Source: Yuukianura sp. NJ FZ-2021
Taxonomy: Eukaryota
Length of the DNA stretch: 64,000 nt
NCBI GenBank assembly: GCA_046563655.1
Contig: CM102287.1
Span: 10,292,001-10,356,000 of the forward strand
Direction: 5' to 3'
In this document: positions 24,551-35,848 of the stretch, one piece after another
Position numbering within the stretch: the stretch's first letter is position 1
Layout: the number at the start of each line of letters is the position of its first letter
Notes under the pieces: generated by a model
Told to the model about the DNA's origin: nothing
What the model saw: the letters and a program-made list of their open reading frames with translations, nothing else
Database searches by the model: none
Translations under genes and position numbers: made by a program

Positions 24551-27500
24551 ATGTCTCTGGAGGTCAACCTGAGTAGGAAATTAGTTTTGGACAGCAACGA
24601 CGCCGCCTCGTCTTCTTCGTCCACACAAAGTGAAAGTGCACTCGTGGGACCACCGCCTTCCGGAAGTGCCACCGGAATACTCAAGGCAAACTCAACTGCA
24701 AGGAAACAGTCCCCCCAAAGGACCCCTTCCTTGGCCACCGACAAGGGCCCCCCTCCCTACACCTCATCAAACTCAGCCCCACTTCTCTCTTCCGCAGCCC
24801 CCAAGCCCCACCGAAGTGTGAGTCTCTCTGTCTCCGGTGGAGCCACACCCACCACTGCCCCACCACTCTCTGCCCCACCAGATCGTGTTCACTCGGTCAG
24901 ACTCACGCGCAAAATATTCAACAACTGGAGATCCGCCTGTGGAAAAACAAAAGACAAAACGAAGGACTTCATCAGACGCTGGAAAACGCTGCCTGAGAAC
25001 CACCCGGACTTTGATGAGTTGGCGGGGCTCAGTGGCCCCACCACGATGACGTCCACCGCTGACCCACCAATGACCTCCACTTTTGCTAGGGTCAAAGGTC
25101 TTGGAAAGAAGCAACAAAGTGAGTGTCTGGAAGAACAGAGTCACACGGACGATGTGGGTGGGACGATGAGTGCTGCTGCTGCCAGTTCTAAACCTTCCGC
25201 CGGTTGGTCAGTCCATATTTGGGGTAAAAACCAAACTTTTTCAATCAAAATTTCACTGTTTTAATAAAAAATTTTACTTTTTCAAAAAAAAAAAGGCAAA
25301 AAAAAAGTTTAGAAGCGTTTAGAAAGAAATTAATTTCAACTCCATTTAAAGAAAAAAATAAGCTGGCTATGCTAAAAAATCCAATTTTTCTATTAAAAAT
25401 TTTGCAAGCGGCGTTTAGCCTAAAAATATTTTTTTTGTGTTTCGTCACTTTTTAAATCAGAATTTTTTCGTTGTTTCATAAGTTTTAAGCTGAAATTGTT
25501 TATTTTACTGTGTTTAGCTACGTGGGTGCAGCGTGGGACGGGAGAAGATGACCTTGACGGAGCGGAGCCCCCGAAAGGTCGTGACCTTTTGTCTGACTTC
25601 CAGAAAGTGAAGTTGACGTACTTCTTTCGTCATGTGCTGGACATGAACCATGACGATGTCATCTCAGCAGACGACTTTGTCGCTCTCAACCAGGTAACAC
25701 TTTCCTTTCAAATTCCGTGTATGAGATGACGTTTTTAGCGTTTGAGAGACGTTTTTGACGTGTGAGATGACGTTTTTTGATGGAAAGTGAGCAGTGAAGT
25801 CCCAGCACAACCCTTGACTTTTTAAACTTACAAGAATTGCGTTTGGACAATCAAGGCTTTCACTCATCAAAACTCACACTTTCTTCGAAATCCTGAAATT
25901 CAAAAAAACAGATTCAAAATCTTAGATTCAAATGAAAAATGAAAAAGTGGTTTGAAATGAGAATGAAATTCTGAAAAGGAGAAAGAGAAAGTGGTTTCAC
26001 TTTCTGTAAAACAAATTGCGGGAAATGAATTTTAATGGCCCAAAACTTTCGTGAACTTTGTCTTTTTGGAGCACTGAAATGTTAGGCTAACTTCGTAGAC
26101 TGAGTTTTGCGGTTGAACTGAAAGTGAGGGGGCCCTTGGCGTCTTCTTTTAAAGGGTCCCCTCAAGGGATCGCGCTGTAAGCGTGCCAGGGAAGGAATAA
26201 AGGAGTGTCCAGGTGGACTTGTGCCCGGTGGTTTTTGGAGTTTCCGCGGGATCGAATGAAGGTCCAGGTGCAGAGATGAACAATGGACTTAAGGGGTGGG
26301 GCATTGGATCTCTAAGTACCCCCCCCCCCCTTAGAGGGGTACTTAGAAGCAGGGAGGCCCTTAAGTACCCCTGAGGAGTAGCAAACGGACAAAATCCATC
26401 TTCCATCCGCTCGTAAGTCGTCTGCTGCCTGCGTCCTGCCATCTGCTTCCCACTTGGAGTCTCTTTAATTTTTAAAACGACAAAGTACTCTTCTCCTTCT
26501 GCTTTCCAAAGTCATCAATCCAACTTACAACCAATGAAAAACACGGAAGAGCAACCTAACTTTTACCTCATTAGGCTAACTTTGGATGAAACCTAACGCA
26601 GTTAGCCTAATTTCCAATCCTAACTAACCTAATCCTGAAAACTTTCACCCGAAATGTAAAAAGAAAGTTGTTGATGGTCAGTTTGAAGGAAGGAAGGCAG
26701 AGTTAGCCTAACATTAGGTTAGTGAGGAAACCTGAAATTAGGTTAGTTTTTTTTGTTAGGTTAATGCTTGAGTGACTTGAGTTTTTGGTTGGTGGAAGTG
26801 GATGATCCGTTGGGAAGGAAGATGCAGTAGGCAGATGTTTCCAGAGTAGCTTCTTCTGTTCTATTTTTACACAAATCCCCTCCCCCCAAATCCCCACTCT
26901 TCTTCCGCACTTTCCCATTCTATAAATTATTTATTACATTTTATTATTCATTTATATTCGTTCATTTATGTATTCATTAATTCATTTATGTATTCATTAA
27001 TTTCTTGTTTGTTTCAGAGAATCCGACACTACATCGAATGGTCATCCGAGTGCATGGAATTCCACATTCTCAAGGAAGGTAAAAACAAAACTTTCTTCCT
27101 TTAGTGCTTTCTCCTGACTCCAGCAGCGCATTTTCAGCGATTCAGCCCCGGGCGCTGAATCGCTGCAAAAGCCAACAGGAGACTGAGATTTTTGTGTGTG
27201 TTGCAGTGCACTCTGGATTCCTGGAATTCTTCCTCAACCAGCCCCTGGACGAATGTTCTCACATGTTCTACTCGGATCCAGACAGAGGCAAGGCTTCTCA
27301 GAATTCTTTTAGAATTCCTGGAGGAATTCTAGAATTCCTTGCAGAATTTGAAATGGTCCATGGAAATTAATTCCTTCCGATCCAGAGATCAATCCTCTTT
27401 CAAAAGAACACACAGATCCATGCCTTATGAAATCCATTTAATACGCTCTCCTCTCCCTTTCAAAAAGTTAACCAAAAGAACCACCAACATACTCTTTCAT

Positions 27501-29192
27501 CTCCACACAAAAAGGAAAACGGTAGCATTTTTCTATCAACTTTTAGTTTTTAGGATTTTTAGAATTTGAAAAGGAGAAAGTTCAAGAAAGTTTTTCATTT
27601 TGATAAGAGTACGGAGACGCCTTCTTTGAATCTCCCGCTTTTTTGTTGTTGTTTTTCAAAAAAAAGTTTAAAAGTGCGCCAAAAACAAAGTTGGCGTCAG
27701 TGGCTCTCTTATGACCACGAAATTTTTCAAACAAATCAAAATATTTTCTTGGTCCACTTCGACGTCAAATAAATTTTGTTATTTTTCAACTTTAGTCTCT
27801 CTGTTATTCTAACCCCCAAAAAATTAATTTTTTCAAATGACATTTCCGTTTTTAAAAAAAATTTTGAGTTTTTAATTAAAATGGAGGTTTTAGTTTTTGA
27901 AAATTTTGATTTTTATGATTCAGAGACGCGAGAGAACGTGAATCGCGATGAGTGGCTGGACGTGTGGGGTGTGTTGCTGGACAAAGCTAGAAGTCTGGCG
28001 TCTCTGCCGCTCTGGCTCCAGTACTTTCCCAAAATCCTCTTCCAAGTCATCAATAAATCAGGCAAGGAAACACAAATACTTCCACACTACTTTATACTTC
28101 CAAAGCATCAAAAATGACTCCGGAATTGGAATCTAAAATATTAAGGAATTACAACGTCTCAATCCAATTCCAACTTCACATGTGGAAAAAAAATCAATCC
28201 TTTTCAAAAAACCACATTTCCAGTAACGACCAATTCTCATTCACCAACTCAACGTATAATCTATAGCCTATTAAAAATTTCATGAAAAAGGGAAAGCGAG
28301 AGAGAAAATTTGATTTTGAATTTTGAAAGTGTAGGTTCCGGTATAATTTCCAAAGAGGAACTTCGAGCCTTCTACACAATGTTCCTGGGCATTGACTTTC
28401 GAATTGTGAATGAAACACTGGACGACATCTACAACGCCATGACAGACGTAAAACTTTTCACTTTTTCTATCAAATTTTCACTTTTTCCATCAAATTTTCA
28501 CTTTTTCCATCAAATTTTCACTTTTTTGGAGAAGATTTTCCTGTTCCGGCGCCAAAGTTTGAGTTAATACGCTTTCAGCATGATTAAAAGTTAATGATTT
28601 AGACGAGAGTTGCTCATTTCTTCACCTGCCAAAATTGGAGCTCAAGAGAACGTGACTTGGAGAAAGTTTTTCTTTTTGGCGGGAGTAACTACAGGATTTT
28701 GTGCTTGATTGAGCAGCCCACTTTCACTTTAATTAAACACCAATGACCCTTTCACTCCAACCACTCACTTTTACTTTACTCTCACTAAACAAACACATTT
28801 CACTAGGATCAAAAAAGTTCAAAAAAAACTTTTATCCAAAAAAAACTTTCTCCAGAAAACTTTTTATCAAAGTTGATCCAATTTGGATTCTTTTTGAAAG
28901 GAAACAGTTTGTTTGTTTATACATTTATTGAAGTTGTTCTCTTTTTTGTTTGTAGGAAGGTGAATGGAAGATTAACTTTGGTTTGTTTAAACTCTGTTTC
29001 ACTAACTTCCTCCTTGGGAAGTACCCGCATGGACCTGGGCAGTATCTGTTCGGAATCTGTGCTCCTGCCACCGTCGCATCTACTTTCCCCATTGACTACT
29101 CTGCTCTCAACACTCCTTCTGATCTACTCGAACCTTATGACCCCACCAAGGAAAAACAAAATCAAACCAACAGAAGATCAGTCATCGTCTGA
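24551..29192 (+). CDS. EF-hand sarcoplasmic calcium-binding protein/calexcitin-like with a long N-terminal extension, 7 exons
   Basis: LSDFQKVKLTYFFRHVLDMNHDDVISADDF (EF-hand), VNRDEWLDVWG, LPLWLQYF..LFQVINKSGSGIISKEELRAFY, FTNFLLGKYPHGPGQYLFG. Two GC-AG introns (27288, 28062). Confidence 0.8.
28455..28527. repeat. Tandem repeat, 20-bp unit TTTTCACTTTTTCCATCAAA, about 3.5 copies
   Basis: Directly visible in the last intron of the SCP-like gene. Confidence 0.85.
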
Positions 29193-29976
29193 ACATCATC
29201 TTCATCAGTTAACCCACAATTAATCCACAGTTAGCCTAATCAAGGTTAATCGAACAAAGAACCATCTCTGCCTTTTGAGCACTTTTTGATCACGATTTCA
29301 CTCGCACTCCAAAGCCTAACGCTTACCTGACTCCGGAGTCATAGACAGTCCAAGCTGCTTTTCCAATTAAACAATTTAAATTATTATATTAATTAAGTAA
29401 TTAAATTATGTAAATGACACTGAATTTGTGTGTGTTTGGCGGAGGGAATAAATTTGAATTGGCTGGAGTGAGGGGGTGATGGATCGTTTGTCTTTGGTTA
29501 TTGAAACTCCTGTTGTGGTTGAGCATGTAATTGTGTTTTGTAACAAAGAAGAGATGTGTAGGAGGGCAGACATTAGGAAATGAGGAAATAGTTACTTCCG
29601 CCAAACTCAAAACAATTTGTGAAGTGAAGGGAGAAAGTAGGCATTACCAGAACATAATCCCATTACTACTCAAATTTCACTTAACTTCCACTCCGTGTGA
29701 TTGCGATTCTCAATTTCCCAATCGTGAACTGAATTTTCAAACACCAAAAAACTCTTCACTTCTTTTTTTTTCAAAAAACGGAGAAAAATCAATCGAAAAA
29801 TTCCAGTTTCTGAGGAAACTGGAAACAGTTTCAAGCACACAAAAAAGTCCAAGCCGTAAAATACAAAAACTTAGAAACTGAGATAAAGCTGAGACAAGAA
29901 CTAAGTCAGGCTTTTCAATTTCTGTTCGTTTTTGGACCTCTTGCCCTGATTTTGATTAACTAAAAGTTCAAAGGTC

Positions 29977-32900
29977 ATGCGTAAATTCGGAGATGGTTCG
30001 GGGATTCTGAGGGAGGCGAGTGCCTCATTTCTGCACCGTCCTGGCTCTGTTCCTAATTCGCCAGCAGAAGATGGGAAAGGTCAGCGGTTGTCTGGAGAAG
30101 AAGAGGTCAAAGGTCAACCGGTCAAGGTGAGCATTGGCCCAGAGGCTCCTGCCTTAGTTGTTCGGAAGGAGTCTGATGCCCGGGTGATCGTGACTGTTTC
30201 GGACACGGGAGAATACGAAGCCAAACCGTGGGAGGAACCGCCTTTGCCGAAGCCACAAAGCGACAGGAAGACTTCCTATGTCAGACTCCCGGGCAAAGTT
30301 TTGACGAATGAGGAAGAAGAAGATCTGCAGGTCGAGAAGGAACATCGGGCAAAGGAACTCGTCAACTACATCCAGGACAAATGGAGTGTCCAGGTCATGT
30401 CACAAAACTAAAATTAACCTAACTTTATGAAATTAGCCTAACTTTGTCAAATTAGCCTAACTTGTTAGCCTAACTAACCTAACAGATCGAGCACAAACCT
30501 TCTTTGGTGGAAGTGAACTACCGAACAGTGGAGATGCTCATGCACAAACAACCGCCAAATCACTGGCTACTCAAGAGAGCACGCGAAAAGATTGCAGAAA
30601 ACACTGGATTCTTCTCAAATGTGGCCAAACCTTATGAATTTCTGGGTAAATTTGACTTTTGACCTTTGACATTTTTGACCTTTGACATTTTTGACCTTTG
30701 ACCTTGAATTTTGTTGACGCGTTGACAGGAGTTCCGGAAATGGACAACGACATGGTTGTGTTAAAGAATTTACCAGATTCGCTAAAAATCAGTGTAAGTT
30801 CGACGCTGGTAAAATAATTAATAGAATCAACACAGGAAAGATAGCAGCTTTTTCTCTTTTGAAAGAATTTTTTCTGTATATTTTTCCTATCTCGGTCCCT
30901 ATCTCTCGTAATGTTAAAAAATTGAACGGCGTTTATTTTTGTCGTACTTTTTTTTATGCAAGACAAAAAATAATTTTTATTTGGCGTTTTAGCCTGACGA
31001 GTGGATTGAAGTTCAACTGCGACGTGAGAAGGAAAAGGAGGTCAGAAATTGTTAAAATAAGTATATAATTAAATAATTTTAATAAATAATTGTTTAATTT
31101 ATATAAAATAACAATTAGAGACAAAAAGCAAGACTTCCGCGTCTGAAGCACTTGAAATCCAAGAAGACTGTTTATACTCGAGGAAGAATCAAGCGTGGAG
31201 CTGGTGGAATTTCTTATGCTGAACGCCTCATAGCCAACGGAGAGCGGATTCAAAGAGGCAAAATTTTGGAAATTCCGTGATTTCAATCACTTCAAAATTT
31301 GCAAACTTTTTTTTTGTTCTTTAGAAATCCGCGGTACGACCACTTTGACTAAACTTTTGGAGAAGTGGACAGACACAATGGAGGATGAGACTGCGAACAG
31401 AGGTGGGACAGCGTTTGGGCAAGTGAAGCGATCGAAGACCATGAAGCAAGTGGCAGTCATGCCGGACTTGACGGGGGCTGGTGGCGCTGGATTCGAGAAG
31501 GACGACCTTGGCAGAGTCGTCGTCCAAGTAGACGAAAAGTTAGACCTTTGACCTTTCAAATTTCAAAATTACAAAGTTTCAAAATCCCAAGTTTCAAAGT
31601 TTCAAAATTTCAAAATTCGAACTTTCAAAGTTTTGACTTTTGAAGGTTATAGAACTTTGTCCTTGTTTTCAGAGCGTACAATGAGTTTTTGGCAATGGAG
31701 AAAATGATCACAGCGATCTACTACTTGATCAAGTCCATGATCAACGTCAGAATGAGTCAGCTCAAAAGTCAAGTAAGTTTTCATCAAAAGTGAAAAGTTG
31801 AAGGTCAAAGGTCAAGTTTTTTTTGTTTTAATTTTTGTAGAACCGAATTCCGTTGAGTGCCGTGCTGGAACTGAGGTCACGCAGTCCCACTGCCAGGAAA
31901 AAGAGAAAGTCAGTTCCACTGGATCTGCTGGACAAGTTTAGCAAAAACAGTGGATTTTATTCTGCTTTGTCACGCGGGTTCACTGGTGAATCCAAAAAGA
32001 AAGGATCAAGTGACCTCAACGAAAAAGAGTAAGTTGACCTTTGACCTTTGAGGAAATTGACCTGACCTTTGACCTTTCACAGCAAACAAACTGCAGAGTT
32101 TGAACGAAAACTGAAAAATCTTGGGGCGACGACGCTGCAATTTCAAGGAAGCAGACGAAATGTTCCTCCGCAGCCGTTTAACCCGGTGCCAATTGAAGAA
32201 ATTTATCCTGTCAGTGAAACGGGGTAAATAATATAATAAAATATATAAAATAATATTAATATATTAATATATAAAAATGTTATGCTTAGGTCTGCTGAAG
32301 ATGTGAAGACTGCTGTTGAGCGTGTTAAGCAAATTACAGACAGCGAATGTTACTTGGACGACCGACCTTTTGAACTGCGCAGTGCAAATTTGCGGAAAGA
32401 AAGACCGATGGCCCAAGCCGAACGGATTCGGCGTCATGCCGAACGCTTCCGAGCAATGTTTCTGCATCGGCTCAAACCAGCCGAACGGATTTGGTGGGAC
32501 GTTCGTGTTCGGGACTATTCCAAACGATTCGAAGCAGAACTTGGCGCGTTAGAATTCAAAACGAAAAGTTTTAAATTCAACGTTTTTAAACGTTTCAAAT
32601 TGAAAATTTGTCGAAATTCGAACGTTTTTGACTGTTTGTTGTCAGAAACGATCCGGAACCGCTGCATCCTCTGAAGTCAGTTGAATCTATGAAGTCGACC
32701 ACTTCCATTCCGCACAGTGACAAGTTCCCCGATCCGGATGACGTTCCGACTCCGAAACTTCCGGGTCCGCCGAGCCTAGAGCAACTCAGTTCCGAAGAAC
32801 AGTCACGACTCAACCTTTTAACAATTGTACCGGAAGCGGCGTATGCCGAACCACCCCGATCCGCTGTTCGGAAATTGTACGAATGCGCAGGCGTGAAGAC

Positions 32901-33590
32901 TTTGGACAAAGATTTGTTCGACATCATGATGAGCATCAAGCGCCCTTTTCGAAATTTGGAAAAATCCCTCCGAGTCAGCGTCACAACCAAACTGGAGAAA
33001 TTTGAATGGGACATGTCAAAAAGATACAAAGCAAAAATACAAGGTCAAAAATTGTAAAGTTTCAAAAAATGGAGAACATTTTTTTTTGAAAGTTTGGATG
33101 TTTTTTAGCGGACTGTTCGAGTCCAATTTATGAAAAAGCGATTGGGAATATGCGACTTTTGTCCAAAATGGCTGCCAGAAAGGAAATGGAAGAGATGGAG
33201 CTGAATATTGGCGAAGATGAAGACATGTCTCAGAAGCAACCCGCGCCTTGGTTCCGTGACCTCGTTGACCTCTGTGACGAAATCGGTGCACTGAGACATC
33301 ACGGCTGCTCAAGAATTGTCCACAAGTTGGTCCGATTTGCTGATGTCAACAGCAACTCAAAGCCTTTCATGCTCAAACGATTTTGTCTCCTCGTCGTTTC
33401 TCTACCGGCAAATGAAATTGCAGCTCCACATTTTCAAAAAGCCATTTCGGTAAGCCTAAACCCAAAAACTTAACTTTTTGAAATTCCAATTTGGAATTTT
33501 TTAAAGTTCCTGTTAGAAAAACTGTTTGGTGCTCCGCCAGAACTTATGGTGGATTGGCTTCTGTACCGTGGCTTCAGACCACTGTTTTAA
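29977..33590 (+). CDS. CCDC60-like protein, about 13 exons
   Basis: Exons join in frame. C-terminus PWFRDLVD..IVHKLVRF..KRFCLLVVSLPANEIAAPHFQKAISFLLEKLFGAPPELMVDWL resembles the conserved CCDC60 C-terminus. One GC donor (31258). Confidence 0.55.
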
Positions 33591-34278
33591 GCACAATTTT
33601 GAAACACTCCAATCATCAATTCATTCAATTCGCAAAACAATTAAAAGTTGTCTTATTTCAAAATTGGCCGAGATTTTCGTTTTTGAACTGTTTAAATTTT
33701 TGCAGAATTCTTTAGATTACTCTTGAGGAAGAGGTCAGATTTTCTTCTACAAAGCTCTTCTACATTCCTAAGACATGCATTTTCAAGACGTTTCTGAAAT
33801 TTTGAAAAAATTTCAAAACTTGGAAGATTTTGTTTTTGTTATTTTAAAGTGTTTTCGGCCTTGCCGGGGATTTTGGACTGTGGAGATCGGAAATTATGCG
33901 GAGCAAAAAGGTTCCCACTTTTTGTCATTTTTTTTTGATGACGCGGTTGGGGTAAGGTGAGACTACTTTGGAAAAGAGCGGCAAACTGATTCAAATCTTG
34001 TTTTGATTTGAAAAATATTTTATTTTTTTTGAAAAAGACAAGAGTGAAGTTTAATGCTAAAAAATCGTTGTTGTTAATTAATTAAGTTAATTAACGTATT
34101 TACTGCAGAATTGGTTTAGTTAGTTGACAGTGTTTCATCGACGCTAGCTCCTATAGCATAGCAGATCGTCAATAATTATTGCCCAAGAATTGAGGAGAAC
34201 GGATACTTTCAGAAGAAGAGGATCTGTACGAAAAGTAATTGACTAATTGATGACTGATTAATTGATGATCTTCACCAG

Positions 34279-34700
34279 ATGTCCACGGCGGATAGTCGGA
34301 AAGTGTTAGAGGAGATCCAGAAAGCGAAGACGACGTTACTCAAGCAGCAAGGAGCAGTGAGCAGTGGAGGAGGGGGCACTGGAGGACCACTCGGAGGACT
34401 CCAACTTCAACATCCAATTCTCACTCCATCAATCAACAACCACTTTCCAGTCGTAAGTCAGGCTCACTCTTCATTTGGATACTTATGGTTTCAAGTAATT
34501 GATCGAAAGTAATCGATTTGTCTACGTTTTTGTTGTAGACGAGTGTGAGTGAAGTCCACACTACGCCGGGACAGCGTCAAGCACTGCAAGCCCTTCAACA
34601 AGCAACTGCCACAAGTTTTGGTTCTTTCATCGCCTCAGATTCGCACTTTGGAAATGCAATTTTGCCTGTTCTGCCTCGACTTCAAGATCCAACCAAGTAG
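34279..34700 (+). CDS. INIP: SOSS complex subunit C, 2 coding exons
   Basis: SRKVLEEIQKAK at the N-terminus and ALQQATATSFGSFIASDSHFGNAILPVLPRL at the C-terminus. Confidence 0.85.
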
Positions 34701-34729
34701 ATCCATCAATTTTTAAATCAATTGTGAAG

Positions 34730-35533
34730 ATGGTAAGAATCAAGGAGTTGGAGGAATACCTCAGTCAGTGTGATACTTTCAATCGACCCAAAGTGGAACT
34801 GGAGCAGTATCAAACTTCTCCTCACATTGCCGCCAGGATGCTGTATTCTGCACAAGAAAACTTACAAGATTCCATCGTGTGTGATATGGGCAGTGGCTGC
34901 GGCATTCTCTCAATTGGGGTACCAGCTCATTTACATAACTTGCTAAAAATTAGATTAAGACTCTAAACTGTGATTAATAATCTAAATTCTAAACATTTTA
35001 GGCTGTGATGTGTGGAGCCAGTTTCGTTTGGGGGATGGACATTGACAGAGATGCAATTGACATTGCAGTGACCAATCGCGATGAAGTTCTGGACCAAGAC
35101 AAGTCAAGGCTCGAATTTATTCAAACTGATGTGGAACAATTTGCAAGGAATTGTCGCTTCCATGACCTTTTTGACGTGGTAAGAAGAAAAGTTAAGACTA
35201 AAACTAATTAGAACTAAGATTTATGTTAATTCAAATGTGAAAGTAATTAGATGTTGATTACAGGTAATTATGAATCCCCCTTTTGGTACAAAGACGACTG
35301 GAGCTGATTTTAACTTTGTGAAAATTGGTGCGAAACTGGTAAAAGCCGGAGGTCACATCTACAGTCTCCACAAAACGTCGACGCGGTCATTTTTCCAGAA
35401 GAAGGTCACGGAACTGGGAGTTGAAGGTCAGGTTTTAGCTGAGGTCAATTTCGATTTACCCAAAACGTACAAGTTCCACAAGGAAAAAACGAAAGACGTC
35501 CAAGTAGATTTCTGGCACTTTACAAAATTGTGA
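34730..35533 (+). CDS. METTL5: rRNA N6-adenosine methyltransferase METTL5, 3 exons
   Basis: PKVELEQYQTSPHIAA, CDMGSGCGILSIG (SAM motif), MNPPFGTK, IYSLHKTSTR, FDLPKTYKFHK. Confidence 0.92.
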
Positions 35534-35848
35534 ATTCATTTACATTTTATAGACATAAAAACAATTCATTTTAAATACTTTCGCAATTTAAACTTTATCA
35601 TTTCAATAACAATAATTTTTCTTGAAAAGTTGCAAAGTTTATTCAAAATTTTCACTTTTTCCACATTTTGTTTCTGGAGAAACCAATTGATTTGTTTGAT
35701 CAATTTCACGTTGATCAAACAATCAATTTTGCTTCCCTGCCTGCCATTTCTACTGCAGAAGTTTTTGTCCAAAGACACTCAAAACTTTGGATTTCGACCA
35801 CAACTTTTTTCTTTTCGCTCGTGGAGGTCATAAGGTCAACTTTTTAGA

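Noticed and set aside
34698..34732. INIP-METTL5 fusion by stop readthrough or programmed -1 frameshift
   Set aside because: The 29-nt spacer is out of frame for readthrough and reaches TGA. The only slippery-like heptamer (TTTAAAT) lies after the INIP stop.
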